Assembly: GCA_017554455.1 (NCBI GenBank)
Contig: JAFZIH010000001.1
Span: forward strand, 9 to 24,008
From: Clostridia bacterium
GTDB lineage: Bacteria; Bacillota; Clostridia; Christensenellales; CAG-138
Direction: 5' to 3'
Length of the DNA stretch: 24,000 bases
Positions within the stretch are counted from its first letter, which is position 1. Every line of letters begins with the position of its first letter. The notes under the pieces were generated by a model. That model was not told where the DNA came from and made no database searches. It saw only the letters and a list, made by a program, of their open reading frames with translations. Of the stretch, positions 1 to 8,300 are shown piece by piece. Position numbers and translations under genes: made by a program.

Positions 1-2
1 TC

Positions 3-896
3 ACACAGCCGAAGCCGTCGAAGCCGTCAAAACCGAAGGAACCGACGAAGCCGAAAACGCCGTCAAAGCCGTCGACGCCGAAAACGCCGGGACCCGTATC
101 CTCGGGCGGCAGCGGCAGCAGCGGCAGCGGTTTATCCGCGGGCGTTCCGACGCCCGACATCCCCTCGTTTGAATCCCTGTTTCAGGAGATGCTGAAGCAT
201 TATCTGCCTGAAACGATCGAGTTCACACCGATCGACGAGAGCGTGCTGTCCGAAACCATCCGAAACTGGCTGCGTCCCGCATACGAACAGGCGATCGAGA
301 AGCGCCGCCTTGAGACGGAGCATGTCAACGCCGAGCTCGACGCGGACGCATGGTCGCGCGGAATGGGGCAGAGCACCTACCTCTCGGATGTCAAGGAGCG
401 CCAGTATCGCGGGGAATCGCGCGACATCAGCGCGCTCGAAAGCGACTATGCTTCCGAGCTCGCAGGACATCTGTACGACGCGGTGAAAGAGCAGCAGGAA
501 AAGAAGATCGAGGTGGACAAATTCAACGCCGAGCAGATCAATCGCTCTCGCGAGCAGGCGACAAGCGCTGCGCAGGCGCTGTACCGCGCGCTGCTTTCCG
601 CCGCCGACACGAGCAGCGGGGGACGCGCGTCCGCAGGCAGAAGCGCGTCCGCAGGCGGAAGCACATCGGAGGACAGCGGCGCCTCGATGGTTTCGCTGCT
701 GCTCAAAAACAGCGGGAACACCCCGAAATCGGACTACCGCACGATCGCCAACCTCGTCGCGCGGATGTCCCCGCAGGAGCGCAGGCGCCTGTATGACCGG
801 AACGACACGAAGTATCTGGCGCTGCGCAGCGAGATCCTTTGGAGTCTCGGCGGGAACGAATACGCAAAGCTTATGCAGCAGTTCCCCGGCGCGTAA
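3..896 (+). CDS. Hypothetical protein, 5'-truncated by the window edge. It has a Pro/Lys-rich and Gly/Ser-rich linker followed by a charged, probably helical C-terminal region.
   Basis: Frame 3 is open from the window edge. Positions 3-188 translate to TQPKPSKPSKPKEPTKPKTPSKPSTPKTPGPVSSGGSGSSGSG..., so the track start at 189 is only the first in-window Met. The stop is TAA at 894-896, followed by a strong hairpin terminator. I recognise no conserved domain. Confidence 0.6.
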   Translation, partial: TQPKPSKPSKPKEPTKPKTPSKPSTPKTPGPVSSGGSGSSGSGLSAGVPTPDIPSFESLFQEMLKHYLPETIEFTPIDESVLSETIRNWLRPAYEQAIEKRRLETEHVNAELDADAWSRGMGQSTYLSDVKERQYRGESRDISALESDYASELAGHLYDAVKEQQEKKIEVDKFNAEQINRSREQATSAAQALYRALLSAADTSSGGRASAGRSASAGGSTSEDSGASMVSLLLKNSGNTPKSDYRTIANLVARMSPQERRRLYDRNDTKYLALRSEILWSLGGNEYAKLMQQFPGA

Positions 897-912
897 GTAT
901 CCAAAAAAACAA

Positions 913-936
913 AAAAGCCGCTGAAAAGCGGCTTTT
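913..936. terminator. Bidirectional rho-independent terminator between convergent genes
   Basis: Perfect 10-bp stem AAAAGCCGCT / AGCGGCTTTT with a GAAA loop. An A-tract lies upstream and a T-tract downstream, so it can terminate both the plus-strand gene ending at 896 and the minus-strand gene ending at 949. Confidence 0.85.
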
Positions 937-948
937 CATGTACTTATT

Positions 949-1143
949 TTATTCCTTTTTTTCTTCGGGCTCGATCACGACGTCTTCTTTCGGCGGCTCC
1001 GGCTTTTCGTCGTCCTTATCCGCCCAGTCCGAAACGACTTTCGCGCCGGCTTTCACCGTCTGGACGATGGTCTTTCCCAGATCCTTGCCGAGCGTTCCGA
1101 ACTCACCGCCGACCTTTCCCCAGCTTTCCTTCAATGTCGACAT
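949..1143 (-). CDS. Small hydrophilic protein (64 aa) of unknown function: MSTLKESWGKVGGEFGTLGKDLGKTIVQTVKAGAKVVSDWADKDDEKPEPPKEDVVIEPEEKKE
   Basis: An internal ATG at 1143 is preceded by AAAGGAGGTATCTGCGT (AGGAGG, about 8 nt spacing). The track start at 1179 lacks an RBS and overlaps the predicted promoter. The gene has its own promoter and terminator. No TM segment or signal peptide is present, and the C-terminal tail is acidic. Confidence 0.6.
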   Translation of the reverse strand: MSTLKESWGKVGGEFGTLGKDLGKTIVQTVKAGAKVVSDWADKDDEKPEPPKEDVVIEPEEKKE

Positions 1144-1167
1144 ACGCAGATACCTCCTTTTTTCTTC

Positions 1168-1195
1168 AGTATACCACAAATTCCCGGATTGGCAA
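1168..1195 (-). promoter_or_regulatory. Putative sigma-A promoter for the 64-aa protein gene
   Basis: On the minus strand: TTGCCA (1195-1190), a 16-nt spacer ending in TGG (extended -10 TGn), then TATACT (1173-1168). This lies about 25 nt upstream of the RBS. Confidence 0.5.
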
Positions 1196-1230
1196 GCAAA
1201 ACCAATGTGTCATTATTGTGTCTTTTTTTC

Positions 1231-2934
1231 TCAGTCCCAAATTCTGTACGCCATCAGGAAGTGCTCCTTCCAGTAGGTGCTCGAAAGCACGCCGTCCGTG
1301 ATGCGTACCTTGCCCTTGGAGGACGATGCGTCGATCATTCTGCCGCCGCCGAGATAGATGCCGACATGACCGGAACTCATCGACTTGCCCTTGAACACGA
1401 GCACGTCGCCGCGTCGGAGATTGCTCATCGACTTGATGCGCTTGTATTTTGTGCAGCTGCGCCACGTGATGCTCGTCATATAGCTCTGCTTGACGCCCGC
1501 CTTGTTGAGACACCAGTACACGAAGCCGGAGCAGTCGAATTTGTCGGGTCCCTTCGCGCCGCGGACATATTTGCAGCCGAGACGGGATTCGGCGATGTCG
1601 ATGAACGCTTCGATGCCCTCTCCGTAGTCGATCGTGCTGCCGCTTTCGCCGCTGTCGCCGTCGTTCGGCGTGGCGGTCGGTTTCTGCGTCGGCTTCTGCG
1701 TGGGCTTTGCCGTCGTGCCGGGCTTCGGCGTGGCGGTCTGCTTTTTCGTCGGCTTCGGCGTCGCGGGCTTCGGCGTCGCGGGCGCCTTTTTCGCGTCCTC
1801 CGTAAGCAGCAGCTGCATCGTCTCAAACCCGACGGTGCCGTCGTTTTTAAGGCCGTTGCGCTTTTGGAACGACTTGACCGCCGCCTGCGTCTTTTCGCCG
1901 TAATAGCCGGAGATCTGCGAATCGGCAAGATACCCGAAGTGCGCGAGCCGCTTCTGGATGCGTTCCACGTCCGCGCCCTCCGTGCCGACGGTGAAGGCGA
2001 ACGGTTCCGCGTCGCCGCTGTTTAAGAGGTCCACGGTGCTTTTCGTGATACAGCCGTCCACGACGAGACCGTTCTCCTCCTGAAAGCGCCGGACTGCGTT
2101 CTGCGTCTGCTTGCCGAACACGCCGTCCGGCAGATAGGTGAGGTAGCCGAGCGCGAACAGCGCTTTCTGATACGTTTCGATCGCCGGGTCCTTTTCGCCG
2201 ATCGCATAGAAATTGCCGACGGTGTTTTCGCCGAGTAGGACTTCGAACACCTCGTTGTCGACGATGACGTCATCAGAAAGGTTGTTCTTCTGCCGGAACC
2301 GCCGTACCGCCGCTTCGGTCTGCTCGTCGTATTCGCCGAACGGCGTGCCGTCGAGATAGCCGAGCTCGATCAGGCGTTCCTTGACGATCTCCACGTTGTC
2401 GCCGGACGAACCCTTTACCATCGCGTAGGTTTTCGCATCGTCACTGAACAGCTTCTCAAAGGTTGCGGCGTCGCAAAGACCGTTCGCGTGGATGCCGTTG
2501 CGCACCTGAAACGCGCGAATCGCGTCCGCCGTACCTTCGGAATACTCGTCGTCGGGCTGCTCGGAATCGAGGTAGTCGAGCTCCATCAGCCGGATCTGGA
2601 CGTCCAGAACGATCGGCTCTTCGTCGCCGGGCAAAAGGGTATCGCCGTTTAAGGGATGGCGAGAGGGCGTCGGCGTCGGTGAAGGCGTCGGGGTGGGCGA
2701 GGGCGTCGGCGTGGGCGCAAAGGACGGCTCCGGCGTCAAAAGCGCCGGATCGGGCGTGACTTTCACCTGCTCGGGGGTCGGCGGCTCCTCATAGACCACC
2801 GCGTCCGCCGGGATCTCCGCCTCCGGAACGTGCGAGCCCGCCGTCGCCGCGCAGCCGATCAAAAGCGCGGCAAGCGCACCGAAAACAAACCATGTGAAGC
2901 GCGGGCGTTTCGGCTTTGTTCCGTTCGGTTCCAT
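1231..2934 (-). CDS. NlpC/P60-family peptidoglycan endopeptidase, a lipoprotein with four PG_binding_1 repeats
   Basis: - The start at 2934 (MEPNGTKPKRPRF...) is preceded by AAAGGAGGCCGCCG.
- Signal peptide with lipobox LLIG-C (Cys28).
- PTPTPSPTPTPSPTPTPS linker.
- Four repeats of the pattern G..V..+Q..L..LGYL......G.Y...T..AV+.FQ..NGL..DG.
- TPKP-rich linker.
- C-terminal NlpC/P60 core with FDCSGFVYW (catalytic Cys) and SGHVGIYLGGGRMIDASS (His). Confidence 0.9.
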   Translation of the reverse strand: MEPNGTKPKRPRFTWFVFGALAALLIGCAATAGSHVPEAEIPADAVVYEEPPTPEQVKVTPDPALLTPEPSFAPTPTPSPTPTPSPTPTPSRHPLNGDTLLPGDEEPIVLDVQIRLMELDYLDSEQPDDEYSEGTADAIRAFQVRNGIHANGLCDAATFEKLFSDDAKTYAMVKGSSGDNVEIVKERLIELGYLDGTPFGEYDEQTEAAVRRFRQKNNLSDDVIVDNEVFEVLLGENTVGNFYAIGEKDPAIETYQKALFALGYLTYLPDGVFGKQTQNAVRRFQEENGLVVDGCITKSTVDLLNSGDAEPFAFTVGTEGADVERIQKRLAHFGYLADSQISGYYGEKTQAAVKSFQKRNGLKNDGTVGFETMQLLLTEDAKKAPATPKPATPKPTKKQTATPKPGTTAKPTQKPTQKPTATPNDGDSGESGSTIDYGEGIEAFIDIAESRLGCKYVRGAKGPDKFDCSGFVYWCLNKAGVKQSYMTSITWRSCTKYKRIKSMSNLRRGDVLVFKGKSMSSGHVGIYLGGGRMIDASSSKGKVRITDGVLSSTYWKEHFLMAYRIWD

Positions 2935-3021
2935 CGGCGGCCTCCTTTGCCTAAAATTTCGGATACTGTCAGTATAGCGCGGGAATGCAAGCAAAGTGTG
3001 CCGTATTTATGAACAAAAAGC

Positions 3022-3053
3022 GAAAAAAAGTAAAAACCCGGCAAAAACCGGGT
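3022..3053 (-). terminator. Rho-independent terminator downstream of alaX-L
   Basis: On the minus strand: ACCCGG-TTTTTG-CCGGGT followed by TTTTTACTTTTTTT. Confidence 0.75.
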
Positions 3054-3067
3054 GGTAAATTTTGGTA

Positions 3068-4273
3068 TCAGCCGTGCAGAAGCACATTTTTGAAATAGGT
3101 GTGGAGCCCTTCGACGGTCTCTTTTAGATCGGAGGGCTTTTTTGCGCTGCCCTGCGCAAGCGTGCCGCGTCCGCCGCCGCTGCCGGAAAGAGCCGTGTTG
3201 ACCGCCGCAATGAGCATGCCCATATCGGCTTTGATCCCGTTCGATGCAAGCAGATAGAACACGCGGTCGCCCACGCCGGAAAACAGCACGGTGAGCGCCC
3301 GATCCGTCATTGTCGCGCCCGCCAGCGGACGGAGCCGCTTTGCGTCCACGCTTTCGAGCGTCTTTACGATCAGCTTCGTGCCCTTCAGGTCCTCGGCTTC
3401 GGCGATCAGCGATTTTGCGAGGTATTCGTCCAGCGCGGCGTACGCCTGTCTGAGTTCGCGCTTCGTATTGGAAAGCTCCTCGGCTTGCTTCTGTACAGCC
3501 GCTTCCGCCTGCTCGCGCGAAGTCGAAAAGCGCAGCGCGATCGCCGAAACCGTGTCCTGCATCTGTTGCGCGTGACGGAGCGCGCGCATGCCGCACAGGA
3601 ACGTGCAGCGTGTGCCGCCCTTGTACGGGATCGCCTCGACGATCTTCAATTGCCCGATCTCGCCGGTTTTTCTGACATGCGGCGCGCAGCAGGTGCAGGC
3701 GTCGCTGCCCTCGATCGTCACGATGCGGATCGGCGCGGTCAAGCCCTCCGCGTGCTTGCGGAGCGGAATGCCCTTGAGGTCTTCCTCGGTCTCGTAGATC
3801 GTCGCCGTCACCGCCGCGTTTTCGGCGGCAAGGCGGTTTGCCAAGATTTCGATCTCCGTGATGCCCTCGTGTCCGACGGGCTTGTCAAGGTCGAGCGTCG
3901 CGTAGGTCAACGCGCAGTGAAAGCCGACGTTCTGCGCGCCGAACAAGTGCCACGCGCAGTAGGAGAGCAGATGCTCGCCGGTGTGCTGCTGCATGATATC
4001 GAAGCGGCGGGCAAAGTCCAGTTCGCCGTGCACCGCGGTGCCGACGGGGAGTTCACGGTCGCAGAAGTGCAACAGCCGTTCGCCCTGCTCGTTTACGTCC
4101 AGCACCTTTGCGCTGCCGAGCGTTCCGACGTCGCAGGGCTGACCGCCCTTGTTCGGAAAGAACGCGCTGCGGTCAAGTTCGACGAGATATCCGTCTTTGT
4201 ACGGTTCGCAGCCGGTGACGACCGCGTCGAACGCGGAAAGCATGCTGTCAAGAAGATAAAGCCGTTCGGTCAT
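3068..4273 (-). CDS. alaX: Alanyl-tRNA editing protein AlaX-L (Ser/Gly-tRNA(Ala) deacylase), with a tRNA_SAD domain and a DHHA1 domain
   Basis: Zinc-binding editing-site motifs HTGEHLL (HxxxH) and CCAPH (CxxxH) are present. The N-terminal region is beta-barrel-like, and the C-terminal motif GGGRGTLAQGS is typical of DHHA1. The start codon overlaps the upstream gene's stop by 4 nt. Confidence 0.85.
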   Translation of the reverse strand: MTERLYLLDSMLSAFDAVVTGCEPYKDGYLVELDRSAFFPNKGGQPCDVGTLGSAKVLDVNEQGERLLHFCDRELPVGTAVHGELDFARRFDIMQQHTGEHLLSYCAWHLFGAQNVGFHCALTYATLDLDKPVGHEGITEIEILANRLAAENAAVTATIYETEEDLKGIPLRKHAEGLTAPIRIVTIEGSDACTCCAPHVRKTGEIGQLKIVEAIPYKGGTRCTFLCGMRALRHAQQMQDTVSAIALRFSTSREQAEAAVQKQAEELSNTKRELRQAYAALDEYLAKSLIAEAEDLKGTKLIVKTLESVDAKRLRPLAGATMTDRALTVLFSGVGDRVFYLLASNGIKADMGMLIAAVNTALSGSGGGRGTLAQGSAKKPSDLKETVEGLHTYFKNVLLHG

Positions 4274-5202
4274 GCAAGGATCCCTCCGAAGAACGTGAGA
4301 TACAGAAATACGGTGAGCAGCGAGAGCACGGTCGTGACCGCGATGAGCTCGCCGGAAAGCTTCACGTCGCCGCCGAGCTCACTTGCCATCGGCAGACAGG
4401 ACATGGCGGTCGGGCTTGCGAACACGATGAAGATGGAAGCCAGTTCCGCGCCGCGAATCCCGCCGAGAACGTACGCGAGCGCGCAGACTGCGACGGGGAA
4501 TACGATCAGCTTGACCGCGCTGACAACCGTGACGAGCTTCCAGTTCTCCCTGAGCGACTTGAACGACAGCACGCCGCCGAGGACCAGAAAGCCGAGAGGC
4601 GTGCACATGTGCTTGAAGTATTCGATCGGTTTCAGAATGACGTAGGGAAGCTCGATTCCCGTAAACCGCACCAGAAACGCCAGCGCCGCCGCCCACAGGA
4701 TCGGGTTTTTGAGAAGGTTCAGAAGCACCTTGCCGATCTTGATCTTTCCGCCGCGGTTCAGCTCGTAGCAGAGCACGCCGGTGAGCCCGAACAGCGACGC
4801 GGAGACGACGAGCGTAAACGCCATCGTGCCGGTGTTGCCCTCGCCCAGAAGCGCGCTCGCCACCGCGAGCCCGAAGATGCCGTCGTTGCTTCTGTACGCC
4901 GCCTGTGCGAGTGTGCCGCGCTTTGCGGGATCCTTTGTGAGCAGAAACGCGAGCAGCATGGAGAGCGCGAACGCGGCAAGGATGCTTCCCGCGACCCACA
5001 GCGCGTACTGCCATCTTGCGGGCGTACGGTCGGTCACGACGCTGTAAAAGACGAGCGTCGGGATGCCGACGTAGTACACGATGCGGTTGATGACGCGGAA
5101 CGCGTCCTCGGAGACGAGACCGACCCGCCGGATGAGCATGCCGGTCGCCATCATCAGGACGAGCGGCATGACAATGTTGAATGAAGTCCAGAACTGTTCC
5201 AT
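4270..5202 (-). CDS. AEC (auxin efflux carrier) family membrane transporter, 310 aa
   Basis: The protein is polytopic and hydrophobic. Its N-terminus, MEQFWTSFNIVMPLVLMMATGMLIRRVGLVSED, is typical of AEC/Mem_trans proteins. The track start at 5295 is a TTG that adds an implausible basic, Cys-rich leader. The ATG at 5202 has no RBS but sits 7 nt after a -10 box (see the leaderless-transcript finding). Confidence 0.85.
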   Translation of the reverse strand: MEQFWTSFNIVMPLVLMMATGMLIRRVGLVSEDAFRVINRIVYYVGIPTLVFYSVVTDRTPARWQYALWVAGSILAAFALSMLLAFLLTKDPAKRGTLAQAAYRSNDGIFGLAVASALLGEGNTGTMAFTLVVSASLFGLTGVLCYELNRGGKIKIGKVLLNLLKNPILWAAALAFLVRFTGIELPYVILKPIEYFKHMCTPLGFLVLGGVLSFKSLRENWKLVTVVSAVKLIVFPVAVCALAYVLGGIRGAELASIFIVFASPTAMSCLPMASELGGDVKLSGELIAVTTVLSLLTVFLYLTFFGGILA

Positions 5203-5209
5203 ATACGGT

Positions 5210-5238
5210 ATTGTACCGCATCCGCATTCGATTTGCAA
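5210..5238 (-). promoter_or_regulatory. Putative sigma-A promoter driving a leaderless AEC-alaX transcript
   Basis: On the minus strand: TTGCAA (5238-5233), a 17-nt spacer, TACAAT (5215-5210), then 7 nt (ACCGTAT) to the ATG at 5202. Confidence 0.5.
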
Positions 5239-5278
5239 GGCGCGCACGCATATCGGAAAGGTTAAATTTCGAAAACGC

Positions 5279-5307
5279 TTGCGTGCGGAGAGCAAACATA
5301 GTATACT
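5279..5307 (+). promoter_or_regulatory. Putative sigma-A promoter for the GLUG/cohesin/dockerin protein gene
   Basis: TTGCGT (5279-5284), a 17-nt spacer, then TATACT (5302-5307). The RBS GGAGGGAGG follows at about 5333-5341, and the ATG is at 5349. Confidence 0.55.
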
Positions 5308-5348
5308 ATATATTCGAAAGAACAGGATCCACGGAGGGAGGTTCGGAT

Positions 5349-8300
5349 ATGATACGGAACGGAAGACGAACGCTTGCGGCGCTGCTGGCGCTTATCATGG
5401 TGCTTGTGCTGCTGCCGACAGTTTCGGCAAAGGCGGACGGCGAAATCGAAATCTCAAACTACGAACAACTGAAGGCCTTTGCCGCGCGGGTCAACGCGCG
5501 CGAAACGGGCTTGAACGCCAAGCTCACGGCGGATATCACCTGCACGGACAAGACATGGACGCCGATCGGCACAAACAATTGGTACTATAGAGGCACGTTC
5601 AACGGGCAGGGGTATAAGATCATCGGTCTCAGCAACGCCGACGTCGACTATTCCGGACTGAGTGATGATTTCGTGTATATCGGTCTGTTCGGAAGATCCG
5701 GCGGTACAGTGGAGAACGTCGTGCTCGAGGACTGCGATCTCTCGTTCGCTTCCGATGCGGATGGGCGCGTCTACATGGGCGCAGCCGTCGGCTGGAACGG
5801 CGGCACGGTGGAAGGCTGCAGCAGTTCAGGAACTCTGTCTGCAGCGCTGACAAACATTTCTGTCACCGCAGGCATCGGCGGCGTCGTCGGCTATAACAAA
5901 AATACCGTAAAGACCTGTACGAACAGCGGCGCGGTTTCCGTCTCCGGCAACATCCCTTCCATCTATGTCGGCGGCGTCGTCGGATACAGCGGAGGCGCTG
6001 AACAGTACTGTGCAAACACCGGCGCGGTCACCGGCGCGGGACGTGTCACGGTCGGCGGCGTCGTCGGATACTGCAACTCCGTCAAGAACTGCTTTAATAC
6101 CGGTGCGGTCTCCGGCTACGATGCAGCCGGCGGAATTGTCGGCTTTACCACCTACGGAACCGTTGAAAACTGCCTGAACGTCGGCACGGTCACCGGCGAC
6201 TCTCATACCGGCGGCGTCATCGGGCAAAACAACTACGGCACCGTAAAGACCTGCCTTTCCGTCGGCGCGGTTTCCGGCAGCGGCAGATACATTGGCGGCG
6301 TCGTCGGCATGTGTCCGAACAACGCCTCCGTGACCTCGTATGTCGAAAACTGCTATTATCTCAATACGGCGGCATCCGCGGCGATCGGAGCTGTCGGCAC
6401 CGCCACCGTAACGAATGTTGCCGCGCTGACCGCGGAGCAGCTGAAATCGCTCAGTAACTGCGTCGGGTTCAGCACCGACACATGGTACGAAGGGCTTTCG
6501 TATCCGGTGCTCAAGGACTTCTCCGCAGAGATTCATCTGTACGCGAACAGCGACGAGGACCTTGTGCTGCAGCACTTCATCTGCGCATACGTGCCGACGG
6601 CATTCGCAAATCCGTTCACCTATGCGGATCACGAATTCACCGGCTGGAACACGAATGCGGACGGCGACGGCGATCCGTATGACGAAACCCATGAATTCAC
6701 GCTGCTGCCCGGCGAAATCCTGACGCTGTACGCGCAGTGGAGAGTTGCTGCGTTCACGATCACGTTCCAGAACGAGGACGGCTCGGAGCTTAGTAAAGGA
6801 CTTGTCAACGTCAACGAAACGCCGGTCTATACCGGCAACACCCCGACCAAGGCGCCGACGGTCGAGCATCTCTATACCTTTGCGGGATGGAAGGACGCGG
6901 ACGGCGTCGTCTATACCGACGCGCTCCCCGCGGTCACCGGCGAGGCGACCTACATCGCGGTCTATACGGAAAGCGACCGCGTCTATACCGGACCGGTCTG
7001 GGCATGGGACGGCTACGAATCCGCGACCGCGACCTTTACCGCAACGGACGACACGACCTTTACGCAGGTATTGACGGCGACGGGCGACGCGATTACGAAC
7101 GCCGTCACAACGCAGCCGACCTGCACCGAACCCGGCGAACGCACCTATACGGCAAAGGTGTCGTTCCTCGGCAAAGTCTACACGAACGACAAGACCGAGC
7201 CGATCGACGCAACCGGACACGACTGGGGCGAACCGACCTATGAGTGGACGGAGATCCCCGGCGGCTATGTCTGCACGGCAACGCGCGTATGCAACAACAA
7301 CGCAGAGGATATCGAGACCGAAACGGTCGGTTCGACCTATGCGGTGATCACGGAGCCGGACCTCAAGCAGAACGGGCTCGGACGTTACACCTCCGCGGCA
7401 TTTGAAAACGAAGCGTTTGCGGTGCAGACCAAGGATGTCGTGATCCCGATGCTGGCGCTCGGACTGTACGGCGAGGACGTGAACGCGTTCGACGTTGCCG
7501 AATACACCGAGGACGGCACGCTCTACCGCTATGACGTGAAATTCAAAAGCGACGCGGGGGCGCTGCCGATCGTGAGCATGCAGGCGTTCATCGGCTATGA
7601 CGCCGACGCGCTGACGCTTGTCGAGGCGAAGACGGAGCTTCCGGGCAGCGTGACGACGCATGACGAAAACGGCGTGTTCTCGTTCGCGTGGGCAAACGAC
7701 GAGGGCGTTGATATGGAAAGCGGCGCGGTCGTCGTGTCCCTGTACTTTAAGCTCGACGGGACCGTAGGGGACGGCGACGTGCTCCTGTTCCCGTTCACGG
7801 ACGGCGACTTCCAAAACACCGCGGCGTATCTCGAAGACGGCGCCGTGACCGAAGCGGCGGCGTTCGAGACCGAGGACGGCAGCATCGCCTTTGCGGTTCC
7901 CGAACTCACGATCGCGGGCGAGGACGTGCTTTCCGGTGACGTTTACGTCATTGAGGACGGCAAGGTTCTGTATCGCTATGACGTGCGTGCGAAGGATCTG
8001 CCCGCGGCGGGGCTGATGATCAACAGCGCGCAGATCTTCCTCGGATTCGATCACGATATCCTTGCAGTTGCGAAGACCGAGGGCGTCGTCGACTGGACGA
8101 CAAGCGACGACGGCAGCACGTTTATGGCGAGCTGGGCAAGCGATACGGAAGCGGAACTCAAAGAGAACGATATCGTGCTGACGCTGTGGTTTACTAAGAT
8201 CGGCCCGGCGCCGGAGGACGGCGTGGTCCCGATCATCTTTACCGTGAATCCGCTCGGCTTTGAAAGCGCGGTTTCGATCACCTTTGCGGGCGCGGTCACG

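Noticed and set aside
1-130. Short-period (9-nt) repeats AAGCCGTCG/AAGCCGAAA at the window start and similar repeats at 1650-1790, considered as a tandem-repeat or CRISPR-like element
   Set aside because: The units are far too short and degenerate for CRISPR, and there are no spacers. They are in frame and encode (K/T/S)P linkers of secreted proteins.
1189-2025. A 278-aa plus-strand ORF and a 150-aa minus-strand alternative-frame ORF (1476-1928), both very Arg-rich
   Set aside because: Both lie inside the NlpC/P60 gene, whose frame shows catalytic and PG-binding motifs. Their composition is an artefact of the Pro/Thr/Lys-linker codons read in other frames.
3485-4645. A 386-aa plus-strand ORF
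   Set aside because: It is antisense to alaX-L and the AEC transporter and spans their junction. It has no motifs and no RBS.
5181-5348. Upstream extension of the surface-protein ORF (track start 5181)
   Set aside because: The extension would cover the predicted promoter and the divergent gene's start. The ATG at 5349 has a strong RBS and is followed directly by a canonical signal peptide.
5879-6310. Recurring GGCGGCGTCGTCGG(A/C)TA 14-17-mers, considered as a dispersed DNA repeat
   Set aside because: They encode the GGVVGY core of successive GLUG repeats, so this is protein-level periodicity rather than a DNA element.
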